Assembly: GCA_963830815.1 (NCBI GenBank) | Contig: CAWHNN010000022.1 | Coordinates: forward strand, 25,753-89,752 | DNA length: 64,000 nucleotides | From: an uncultured Acidobacteriota bacterium | Lineage (GTDB): Bacteria > Acidobacteriota > Vicinamibacteria > Vicinamibacterales > 2-12-FULL-66-21 | Reading direction: 5' to 3' | Part shown: positions 45,766 through 54,950 of the stretch, piece by piece | How the letters are laid out: each line of letters opens with the position of its first letter | Numbering within the stretch: position 1 is the first letter of the stretch | The notes under the pieces: generated by a model | What the model was told of the DNA's origin: nothing | Databases searched by the model: none | What the model saw: only the letters and a program-made list of their open reading frames with translations | Translations under genes and position numbers: made by a program

Positions 45766-45832
45766 ATGCTGAATGCTGAATGAATTTGAGGTCAGCCTTA
45801 CATTCAGCATTCAACATTCAGCATTCAGAATT
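45751..45832. repeat. imperfect palindrome built from GAATGCT / AGCATTC heptamers (copy 2 of 2), at a convergent gene junction
   Basis: AATGCTGAAGTCTGAATGCTGAATGCTGAATGAAT - 16-nt loop - ATTCAGCATTCAACATTCAGCATTCAGAATT. The stop codons of both convergent genes (45763..45765 on the plus strand, 45827..45825 on the minus strand) lie within the arms. Confidence 0.8.
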
Positions 45833-46678
45833 GCCCGAACGGTTCTCCCGCCGGAATCAGCTCGACCGGAACTTCGGTGATGAACGTCTTCAGCCAGTCG
45901 GCACAGACTTTCATCCCTGGCTCCTCTGATACTGCGTGGCCCATGACGATGACGCCTTTCGGGCGGCCGGCCGCGATGGCGTCATGCGCGTAGAAAAGTC
46001 CCTCCCACTCGCGCTGCTCGCCCGTGAACACGAGATCGGCGTCGGCCATCACTCGCATCATCGCCGGTAATTGTCCGTAGCCCGGCATGTAGCCGACCTT
46101 GGTGATCTTCGTCGCGGGATCGCCCATGAGGCGGAGCGCCTTGATCCCCATCTTCTCGCGCGTGAGCTTCGCTGCCGCCTCCAGCGTGATCTCCGGAATG
46201 GTGACGATGCGGCCCTGCGGCTGCACGTATTTCTCCCACCCCATCGCCTGATAGAAACCCTGCGCCATCGGCTCCGGGCCGGCGCATGTGCCAGTGGTCG
46301 TGGAAGCGCCAGACCACGAGGTCGTGCTTCTTGATCAGTTCGGCCTTGCGCTGATAGATCGGGTCGTTCTCGATCTCGGTGGTGCTGTCGGTGTGACCGT
46401 AGAACGTCGGTTCGTGGCTGATGATGAAGTTGCGGCCCGCGGCGGCCGCGCGCTCGAGGACCGACATCGTCGCCATCACCGTCGTGGCGATGCCACGCAC
46501 GGTCGTGTCCGGGTTGCCGGCCTTGAACGTGTCGACCGTCTCGGTTCGCCACGTCACGCCAAGGTTCGACTGGATGCGCTCAACGACCCGTTTCGGTGTC
46601 AGTGCAGATTGTGTTGCCTCGCCACTGTTCCCAAAAGCACCGCGCCGGCGCCCTGGCCACGAACTTCCGCCTCGTCAT
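45825..46678 (-). CDS. NIF3-family (dinuclear metal centre) protein with an apparent twin-arginine signal; at least three frame interruptions
   Basis: MTRRKFVA, then GAGAVLLGTVA in an adjacent frame. The body reads VDTFKAGNPDTTVRGIATTVMATMSVLERAAAAGRNFIISHEPTFY, and the C-terminal ORF of 147 aa reads ...VFTGEQREWEGLFYAHDA...VIVMGHAVSEEPGM. Confidence 0.65.
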
Positions 46679-48221
46679 GTCGCCCATGGCTGACTATCGT
46701 AGCGCCGTAGCGCGCGGCGCGAGAAGTAGCGCTCGGCGAACGTGATGAACGTCGGCCACGTCGGCTCCGGCGTGTGGCCGGCGGTGTGCTGGCGGAAGCC
46801 GAGATCGCCCTCGAGGATTGCGGTGTCGATCGGCGGAAACTCAGTCGTGCCGAGGTCTTTCTTGCCGAGCAGCTTGTAGACGGGACCGGCGCCGACAGCG
46901 GCAAGGAAGCTGCCCTTGGCGTCGACCCATGCGTCGTTGACGGCGACGGTGCCATCCGGCTGCACAGGGCCAGGGCCGGCGCCGGCGCTCAGGAACACCG
47001 GGCGCGGCGCGCACAACGCGATGAGCTCGTGCGAATCGACCGGCATCGTGTCCCAGCGCGCGGTGTACTTCAGATAGTTGCCCGCCATCCAGTGATAGAA
47101 CGAATTGGCGACGTTCTCGATCGTCTCGCCGTACTTGCGCCGATTGAGCTTGGCGCCACCCTGGCCGGAAGAGCTGATGTATCCGATCGCGAAGCGCTCG
47201 TCGAAAGCCATGGCGACGAGCGCGGCCTTGCCGGAGCGTGAATGGCCCTGGACGCCGACTCGCTTCGCGTCCACTGCCTTGTCGGTTTCGAAGTAGTCGA
47301 GCAGGCGGCTGGCGCCCCAGCCCCAGGCGGACAGCGCGCCCCAGTCGTCCAGTGCGCGCGGCTGGCCCTTGTTGACGAGGCCGATGATGCCTGACGTCAG
47401 CCCGGCGCCGCAGTCTCGCCTGCACGCTCCCGGTATTCAAGTTCGCGTAGCCCCAGCCCTTTGCGAGCAGCTGCTGCTGCCACGTCGGCCCCGTTGCCGC
47501 CGGCGGGCCTCCTGGCCCACGACCACCAGCAGGCGCCGCGCCTCGTCCACCTGCCGCGCCGAAACCTCCCGGCGGCGCGCACGGATTCGGCGGCGCTTCG
47601 ATGCCGGGAGCCGGCGGAAAGCCGCCGCCGCCAAAAATCACGATCACCGGGACGGGACCCGACGCGTTCGCGGGTGTATTCAGCGTCGCCTGGATCTCCA
47701 CCTTGATCGCCGGATACGCGGAATTGTCTACCGTGCCCAGCAGCTGCTTCGTGACGATCGGCGTATCGCCGTTCGTGCCCTTCGTCGTCGAGACGACCGC
47801 CCACGTGACCTTCGGCGTCTTCGGCGTGCGGCCGTAGATCTCGCGCTGGAAGTCTTCCAGGAGCTCCGCGCGCCGCTTGCTCCGCCACACCGCGGCCGTC
47901 GTCACCTTCTGGCCGCTCTTGAGCGTGAGCGGGTCGGGGAGGTTCGGATACGGATTGGCCGTCGCTTCGTTGTAGGTGTCGGGGCTCGAGCTCACTGCGC
48001 CAGGCGGGATCGCGGAGATCTTGAGCTGGTTCATGATCCGCTGCCGCTCGGCCTGATTCGCGAGCTGCACGGGCGTCGGCGGCGCTGGCGCCGCTGGAGG
48101 ATGCCGGCGCTGGCGTCTGTGCGGGCGCCTGCCCGGTTCCTTGCGCGACTGGGGAAACGCCAGAGGCCACGAGCACGAGGCCGAGAGACCACAGGATTCC
48201 GCGAGTCAAGCTTACTGACAT
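46675..48221 (-). CDS. carbohydrate esterase family 15 (glucuronoyl esterase)-like protein, secreted; at least three frame interruptions
   Basis: Signal peptide MSVSLTRGILWSLGLVLVASG. N-terminal domain ...PNLPDPLTLKSGQKVTTAAVWRSKRRAELLEDFQREIYG. Catalytic block VGVQGHSRSGKAALVAMAFDERF (GxSRxGK nucleophile motif) with a HTAGH-containing C-terminus. Confidence 0.75.
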
Positions 48222-48282
48222 CGATGCCTCGTCTTTCTATGCCGAAGGGGTGTTGCTGGCTCGCGCTACGATCCGCTGCGGG

Positions 48283-49165
48283 TTACGGCTCGCGCACCGC
48301 GCGGAATCCGATCATCCTGTGGCCTTGAAACGATGGCCACGCGGCCGATCGTCGGTAGGCGCGCAGGTCGAACGTCTCGACGAAGAACGATCCGCCGCGA
48401 ACCACGCGGTAGGCGCCCGTCGCCGGACCACGGGGATTCTTGCGCGGGGAGCTGGCGTAGTAGTCGCGGCTGTACCAATCCTGGCACCACTCCATGACGT
48501 TGCCCGCCATGTCGAGCGCGCCATACGGCGACGCATTACTATGCGTCTCGAGATCTCCTCGCTTGCTGCCGTCGAAGAATCCGGCGGGGCGCCCGGTGTC
48601 ATAGGTCTGTGCACCCACGAAGTTCGCGAACGACCGATCGATCGTGTTCCCCCACGGATAGCGGCGCTGATCGGTTCCGCGCGCGGCCTTTTCCCACTCG
48701 GCCTCCGTCGGCAGCCGGTACTTCTTGCCGGTTTTCGCGCTCAGCCAATTGCAGTAGGCGACCGCCGCGTCCCAGTTGACGCCGAGAAGGGGATAGCCGT
48801 CGCTGTCGGGAGTGCCTGCCGCCATGATTGTTCGCCTGCGTCCAGTACGGCACCTGATCGCGTGGCACGACACGCCCCTCGGGCCAGAAGCGCGGATCGT
48901 CGTAGCCGGGATCGTCGCGGAATTTCTTCCACTCGCCGTTGGTCATCTCGAGACGCGCGACGTAGAACGCGTCGAGCTCGACGGTGTGCACCGGCCGCTC
49001 ACGCGCATCGCCGTCGCCGAAGGAATCGCCCATCTGAAAGGCGCCGGGCGGCACGTAGAGATAGTCGCCGTGCCCATCGTTCACGACTTTGGCGGGCTGG
49101 GCGCTGGCCGCCATGACGACGAAGACAGTCGCAAATGCCGCGGCGGGGAAGGCGATTCGTTCCAT
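48283..49165 (-). CDS. formylglycine-generating-enzyme (SUMF1/FGE-sulfatase) domain protein, secreted; one frame interruption near 48830
   Basis: [23 protein letters not shown] (signal peptide), [20 protein letters not shown], then [13 protein letters not shown]...[15 protein letters not shown]...[11 protein letters not shown]...RVVRGGSF. Confidence 0.75.
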
Positions 49166-49169
49166 GTGG

Positions 49170-50039
49170 CTACTTGCTCGACAAGAAGCCGCCGAGTTTG
49201 AGGAATCGCTCGAGATCGGACATCCAGCCGCCAAACTCCGGGCTGCCGAAGCCGCTGCCGAAGCCGTGACGGCCTTTCTGGTAGACGTGTATTTCGGCCG
49301 TCGCTCCCGCCCGCGTCAGATCCATGAAGAGTTGCGCGTTGCCGAGTGACGGCCCCTGATCGCCTGCGGCTGAAACGAGGAACGTCGGAGGAAAACTCTT
49401 CAGGGACTCGCCCGGCGTTGCTCTGCCAGCGCCGTAGACGAGCGCGAGATAGTCTGGTCTCGAGCTCACGCGCTCGAGTGCGTCCGCCGCCTCGGAATCA
49501 CTGGCCCGCGCGTTTGCAACGACCGTGCGCCCCATGTTCGAGCCCGCCGAGAAACCGATGTAGCCAATCTTCGCGGGATCGAGCTTCCACGCGGCGGCAT
49601 TGCCACGTACGACCTGGATGGCACGCATGCCGTCGAGAGTCCGCGCGTCGTCGCCGTAGCGCGGCGACAGGCGATAGGTCAGCACGAACGCCGTGACACC
49701 CCAGTCGTTGTAGCGCTCGGCAATCTCGAGACCCTCGGCGCCGTACATCAGCATGATGTTCGCGCCACCGGGCGCAATGACGACGGAGCCACCGTTCCGC
49801 TTTCCCTCCGGCGGCAGGAAGGCGGTCAGGAAAGGCGCGTCGAGCGGACCGTCTCCCTTTGCGAGCGGAACCTTGCCCGCGTCCCACAACGGAACGTTGC
49901 GGTACTGCGTCAGCGCTCCGTTCTCGGACGGCGCAGCGGCACCGCCGCTGGAACTCGCCGCAAGGGACGTTGGGATCGTGTGAAGAACAACGAGGAACGA
50001 CGCCACACAGATAACAGGCTTGATCATCTGTCCTTGCAC
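49170..50039 (-). CDS. secreted alpha/beta hydrolase (esterase/lipase fold; possible acetyl-xylan or feruloyl esterase)
   Basis: Intact 289-aa ORF with a signal peptide and the nucleophile elbow GFSAGS in IGYIGFSAGSNMG. It lies in the same minus-strand run as CE15. Confidence 0.65.
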   Translation of the reverse strand: MQGQMIKPVICVASFLVVLHTIPTSLAASSSGGAAAPSENGALTQYRNVPLWDAGKVPLAKGDGPLDAPFLTAFLPPEGKRNGGSVVIAPGGANIMLMYGAEGLEIAERYNDWGVTAFVLTYRLSPRYGDDARTLDGMRAIQVVRGNAAAWKLDPAKIGYIGFSAGSNMGRTVVANARASDSEAADALERVSSRPDYLALVYGAGRATPGESLKSFPPTFLVSAAGDQGPSLGNAQLFMDLTRAGATAEIHVYQKGRHGFGSGFGSPEFGGWMSDLERFLKLGGFLSSK

Positions 50040-50094
50040 CCAGGATGGCTCGGAACGTTTCCCGCAGACGCGCGCCGGCGATTTGTTCGCGACG

Positions 50095-50122
50095 TGGACA
50101 AAAGCGAAAAAGATAATAGAAT
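50095..50122 (+). promoter_or_regulatory. candidate sigma-70 promoter TGGACA-N16-TAGAAT for the corrinoid operon
   Basis: TGGACA (50095..50100), 16-nt spacer, TAGAAT (50117..50122), in an AT-rich gap. GGAGA at 50156..50160 precedes the ATG at 50170. Confidence 0.4.
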
Positions 50123-50169
50123 GAAGGGCTTACGATTGCAACTATCGCTCGCTGTGGAGACGACACGGG

Positions 50170-50813
50170 ATGCCTGACTACGCGTTGATGAATCAGCACC
50201 TCTACGAGGGCAAGGCCAAGGAGGTCGAGCAGATGACGCGCGACGCCCTGGCTGAAGGGCGCCCGGTGCAGGAGGTCCTGACCGATGGACTCATTGCCGG
50301 CATGAGTGTCGTCGGCGAGGACTTCAAGCACAACGTGCTCTACGTTCCCGAGGTCCTGATTGCGGCGCGCGCGATGAAGGCCGGCATGGCCGTGCTCAAG
50401 CCGCTCCTGAGCGCACGCGAAGGGCGAATCGTCTCGCACCGGCGTGCTCCTGATGGGTACCGTTCGCGGCGACCTGCACGACATCGGCAAGAACCTCGTG
50501 CTGCATGATGGCCGAAGGCGCCGGGTTCGAAGTGCACGACATCGGCGTCGACCAGAGCGTCGAGAAGTTCATGGCCGCGGCGGACAAGTGCCAGCCGACG
50601 ATCATCGGCATGAGCGCGCTCTTGACGACGACGATGACGTACATGAAGACGGTCATCGACGGCTTCGAGAGCGCCGGCCGCGGCAGCATCAAGATGGCTG
50701 TCGGGGGCGCGCCCATCAGCCAGATGTTCGCCGATGAGATCGGCGCCGACGGCTACGGTCAGAATGCGTCCGCCGCGGTGGACCTGTTCCTGCGCCTGTC
50801 GCGAGAAGCGTGA
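50170..50813 (+). CDS. corrinoid (cobalamin)-binding protein, MtaC/MtbC/MetH-B12-domain type; two frame interruptions
   Basis: B12-cap helix bundle (LYEGKAKEVEQMTRDALAEG...VPEVLIAARAMKAG), then GTVRGDLHDIGKNLV (DxHxxG), then MSALLTTTM and VGGAP (SxL...GG). The three parts are in three frames. Confidence 0.85.
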
Positions 50814-50817
50814 CCGC

Positions 50818-51078
50818 ATGCTGACGACCTACAAGATCCTCTGCTGGCAGGAGATTCCCTCGCAGATCAAGGCCGAAGACGAAAGGGAAGAGGTCACTGT
50901 CAACCTCTCGCCGCGCTTCATGGAGCGCATCGATCAACTCGCGGCGAAACGCGGGCTGCAGGGATCGGACGACTATCTCGCGCAGTGGCAGTGGAGCGAC
51001 GAGCAGCAGCGCGAGGGCGCGGCGCCTGACGTCGCGGAAGCACTGCGGCTGGAACTCGAAGCGAAGGCCGACTGGTAA
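50818..51078 (+). CDS. small conserved protein of the kind commonly found next to RACo/corrinoid methyltransferase genes (function unknown)
   Basis: 86 aa from the ATG at 50818: MLTTYKILCWQEIPSQIKAEDEREEVTVNL... The family assignment is from memory only and has not been searched. Confidence 0.55.
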   Translation: MLTTYKILCWQEIPSQIKAEDEREEVTVNLSPRFMERIDQLAAKRGLQGSDDYLAQWQWSDEQQREGAAPDVAEALRLELEAKADW

Positions 51079-51088
51079 AACCCGCAGC

Positions 51089-52735
51089 ATGCTCTCGGTC
51101 ACGATCAACGGAACACACGTCGAGATCCCCCCGGGGACGTCCATGTTCGACGCCGCCAGTCAGGCCGGTGTCCGTGTGCCGACGTCGTGCGTCGCCCAGG
51201 GCAAATGCAAGGAGTGCATCGTCGAGGTGACACGCGGCGCAGAGCTTCTGAACGCGCGGACGGAGTGCGAGCAACACCTCACGGGAGCCTTCAGGCTGTC
51301 CTGTCAATGCCGGCCGACGACGGAGTCGGGCGCCATCGACTGTCACACGATGCGCCGGGGCCACATGCGCATCGAACGCCACGCGCTCAATCTACCCGCA
51401 AGCCAGACGCGTCTCCCGCTCGATCCGCCCGTTATCCGCGACGGCTCGCGCATCGTCGATCGTGTCACTGGCACTGTCCTGGCGGAGTCTGACGGCCCGA
51501 TTCATGGGCTCGCCATGGACATTGGAACGACGACGGTCGTCATACGGCTGCTCAATCTCGAGACGGGCGAGCTCGTTGCCGATGCCTCGTTGGAGAATCC
51601 GCAGCGCTTTGGCGGCTCCGACGTGATGTCCCGCATTCACTACGACACTGAGCACCGCGGCAAGCTGCTACGGCGAACACTCGCGGGCTACCTCACGCAC
51701 GCGATCGAGGAGTTTCCCGTCGATCCAGCGACCATCTACGAGGCCGTCGTCGTCGGCAACGCCACGATGCGCGATCTGTTCTTCCGGCAGAGCGTGTATT
51801 CAATCGGCCAGAATCCGTATCGATCCATCACCGAGATCGAGATGGCAGCAGGAACGCGCGCGACGACGAGCCTGACGGAAACTGGTCGCCGCTGCCTCCT
51901 GCCGATTCATCCCCGCGCGCGCGTCTATGGACTGCCGGTGATCAGCGGCCACGTCGGCGCCGATGCTGCCGCGTGCATGCTCGCGGTCGGGCTCGCTGAC
52001 GAAGAGCGGCTCGTCGCCATCATGGACATCGGAACAAACACCGAGCTCATCCTCGGAAACAGGCACCGCATCGTTGCTGCGTCCTGCCCGGCGGGTCCCG
52101 CGTTCGAGGGCGGAGCGATCGCCTGTGGCATGCCCGGCCTCGAAGGCGCGATTGAGGATGTCCGGCTGAACGATCGCGGCGGCTTCGATTGCGGCGTGAT
52201 CGGCGGTGGCCGCGCAGAAGGCATCTGCGGCTCGGGCCTCGTCGATCTCATGAGCGAGCTGCTTCGCGCCGGGCACATGAACGCGATGGGGCGATTCGAC
52301 GACGGCGTGTCGCGCATGACGATCGATGCCGCGAACGATATCTATTTCCTCGAGAGCGACGTCAACGAGCTGGCGCAGGCCAAGGGCGCCAACGTCGCCG
52401 GCCTGCACGTCGTCTTCAGCAGCTTTGGTATCTCCTTTGATGCCGTCGATGTGTTCTATCTCGCGGGCGGCTTCGGACGGCACTTGAAGAAGGAAGCATC
52501 GCGGCGTATCGGCCTGATCCCCAACCTGCCCGACGGCAAGATCGTGCAGGTGGGCAACGCGGCCATCGAAGGCGCGTGTATCGCGCTTCTGTCGCTGGAG
52601 CAGCGGGCGGTCATCGAATCGCTCGTGCGCAAAGTCGAACACTGCCGCCTCGAAACGCATCCCGACTTCTTCGACTTCTTCGTTGACGGGTGTCAGTTCA
52701 AGCTCGTGGAGTCGAGCGATTCGGTACCGCGATGA
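51089..52735 (+). CDS. reductive activator of corrinoid proteins (RACo-type: 2Fe-2S ferredoxin domain plus ASKHA ATPase domain)
   Basis: Intact 548-aa ORF. N-terminal plant-type ferredoxin cysteines (SCVAQGKCKECIVEV...LSCQC), then ASKHA motifs (GLAMDIGTTTVV, IMDIGTNTELIL, CPAGPAFEGG, ICGSGLVDL). Confidence 0.85.
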   Translation: MLSVTINGTHVEIPPGTSMFDAASQAGVRVPTSCVAQGKCKECIVEVTRGAELLNARTECEQHLTGAFRLSCQCRPTTESGAIDCHTMRRGHMRIERHALNLPASQTRLPLDPPVIRDGSRIVDRVTGTVLAESDGPIHGLAMDIGTTTVVIRLLNLETGELVADASLENPQRFGGSDVMSRIHYDTEHRGKLLRRTLAGYLTHAIEEFPVDPATIYEAVVVGNATMRDLFFRQSVYSIGQNPYRSITEIEMAAGTRATTSLTETGRRCLLPIHPRARVYGLPVISGHVGADAAACMLAVGLADEERLVAIMDIGTNTELILGNRHRIVAASCPAGPAFEGGAIACGMPGLEGAIEDVRLNDRGGFDCGVIGGGRAEGICGSGLVDLMSELLRAGHMNAMGRFDDGVSRMTIDAANDIYFLESDVNELAQAKGANVAGLHVVFSSFGISFDAVDVFYLAGGFGRHLKKEASRRIGLIPNLPDGKIVQVGNAAIEGACIALLSLEQRAVIESLVRKVEHCRLETHPDFFDFFVDGCQFKLVESSDSVPR

Positions 52736-54000
52736 TCGAGATCATCGACACGTCCCCGGATATCGACGTCGCTGCTGTCGAATACAAGCGGCTGCTGGGA
52801 TACCCGCGCGACTCGGTCGTCAGCGATCGGGCGCAGGAATTGATGGATTTGGCGCGCGGGTGGTACCGAACGCACGGACGTCCGTGGGTACAGGCACGGC
52901 AGGCCGACGGCCTGGAACTGTCTGGCAATGCCGTGACGATCGATGGCGTGCCTTTCTCCAGTCCCCGGCTGTCGCAAACGCTCAGGAACGCGACCGCCGA
53001 CAGCGCCATCGTCGTCGCCGTGAGCGCCGGACCCGAGCTCGAGGCCGAGGCGCAGCAGCTGTGGCGCGACGGTAAGCCCGACGAGTACTTCTTCCTCGAA
53101 GTGTATGGCTCGGCGGTCGTCGAGCATCTGGTGACGATGACCGGGGCGCGGCTGTGCGCGTGGGCGGAGTCGAGGCACATGGCCGTGCTGCCGCACTACA
53201 GTCCTGGCTACCCGGAGTGGTCGATTGAAGAGCAGCCGCGGCTCCTGGATCTGATCAATCGGCTGCAGCCGGCAATGCCGGCACCTGTCGAAGTGATGGA
53301 TTCGGGGATGCTGCGCCCGAAGAAGTCGCTGCTCGCAGTGTTCGGGATCACGAGACACGTCGACCGCGTGCAGCGGCTGACCGCTCTCACCCCGTGCGAG
53401 AACTGTTCGTACTTGCCGTGTCAGTATCGGCGCGCGCCGTACCGGCGGGCACCGCTGCCAGCGAACCCCGAGTTGTCGGCGCTCTCACGGGAAACAAGCG
53501 TTGAAGCGGCGAGGCCGAGGCCGGCGCTGCACCGGCTACAACTCTCGACCATGGCCACTACACCGTGAACCTCAAGGCCCTGCAGCGGTGGAGCGAGGAG
53601 CGTCTGTCGCTTTCCCGGCGCGCCGACGGCGGCGTCGACGCCACGTTCCGCTACGAAGGGACGACGTGCACGAACATGGGCAGGGCACTGAAGTTCGACT
53701 ACCGGGTGACGCTTGGTCCGCCGCAGGACGGCTATCCGATCAGGGAGCAGCGGTGCGCGCCTGCCGAAGGCGACACCGGGTACACCTACATGTGCCGTTA
53801 CCTGAGCAACCGTGAGCAACTGCTCGTGGCGATCGATCGACGAGCAGCCGTTGAACGGCAAGCCGCTGAACGACGTGCTCGGGTGGACGCGGGCGGCGAG
53901 CGGCGCCGGCTGCTACTGCGAGCCGGAGAGCCGGCAGCACAAGTGGGGCCTGGTGCTCGAAACCATTCATTTCGCGCTGGCGCGGGAAGGCGGAGACTAG
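52732..54000 (+). CDS. methionine synthase activation (AdoMet-binding, Met_synt_B12-like) domain protein with a Cys-rich C-terminal extension; probably two frame interruptions (about 53540 and about 53830)
   Basis: ATGA overlap with the RACo stop. EYFFLEVYGSAVVEHL...LPHYSPGYPEWSIEEQPRLLDLI resembles the MetH reactivation domain. The extension reads HYTVNLKALQRW...TCTNMGRAL...YMCRYL, then GAGCYCEPESRQHKWGLVLETIHFAL. Confidence 0.65.
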
Positions 54001-54943
54001 GTGGAGGCGCAGAAACAACGGTTGCAGGACAAAGTCAGGGAGCGGCCTCTGCTCGGCGACGGCGCCATGGGCACGCAGTTGATGATTGCCGGCCTCGAGC
54101 AGGGCAATTGCGGCGAGGCATGGAACCTGACTCACCCCGAGCGCGTGCTGGCCATCCAGCGGCGCTACGCCGAAGCCGGCTCGGACTGCATCATCACGAA
54201 CACGTTCGGCGGGTCGCGCATCATGCTCAATCGGCATGGTCATGCCGGCGACGTCGCCGCGGTCAATCGTGCCGGTGTCGAGATCGCGCGCGAGGCGTTC
54301 GACGGCCGCGAAGGGTGGGTGCTCGGCGACATCGGTCCCTTCGGCGGACTGATGGAGCCATACGGCGACTTCACCGAGGACCAGGTACGACGGGCGTTCG
54401 CCGAGCAGGCCGAGGCGCTCGTTGGCGCCGGGGCCGACGCGCTCATCATCGAGACCCAGACATCGCTCGAGGAATTGCAGCTCGCCATCGAAGCGGCGCG
54501 GAATGCCGGCGCACCATGCGTCATCGGCTCGATGGCCTACGACGTCACGCTCGACGGTTCGACGTTCCGCACGATGATGGGCATCGATCCGGAACGCGCG
54601 GCCGACGTTCATGGGCGAACACGGCGCCGACATCGTGGCGCTCAACTGCGGCACGGGCATGGATATGGAGCGCGCGCGGCAGGCCGTGCGGCGCTATAAG
54701 GACACCACCGGCTTGCCGGTGATGGCGCAGCCAAACGCGGGTCAGCCCAAGCTCGTGGCGATGAAAGTCGTGTACGACGAAACACCAGAGCAGATGGTGT
54801 GCGGCGTCGTCCCTCTCCTCGAAGCCGGAGTCGACATCGTCGGCGCGTGTTGCGGGAGCACTCCCGAACATATCCGGGCGTTTCGCAACGCCATGGACCA
54901 CTACCTGGCCGGGCGGGCGAGCCGGCAGGAACTTTCACGATAG
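54001..54943 (+). CDS. homocysteine S-methyltransferase domain protein (MetH N-terminal module-like); one frame interruption near 54600
   Basis: GTG immediately after the upstream TAG. LLGDGAMGTQL, DCIITNTFGGS, ADALIIETQTSLEE, then ADIVALNCG...VGACCGSTPEHI (zinc-binding Cys motifs). Confidence 0.85.
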
Positions 54944-54950
54944 GCAGGGC

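Noticed and set aside
50040-50169. Cobalamin riboswitch upstream of the corrinoid-protein operon.
   Set aside because: The gap is only about 130 nt. I could find no B12-box-like element or the conserved GCCACTG-type core. It looks like a plain promoter plus a short 5' UTR.
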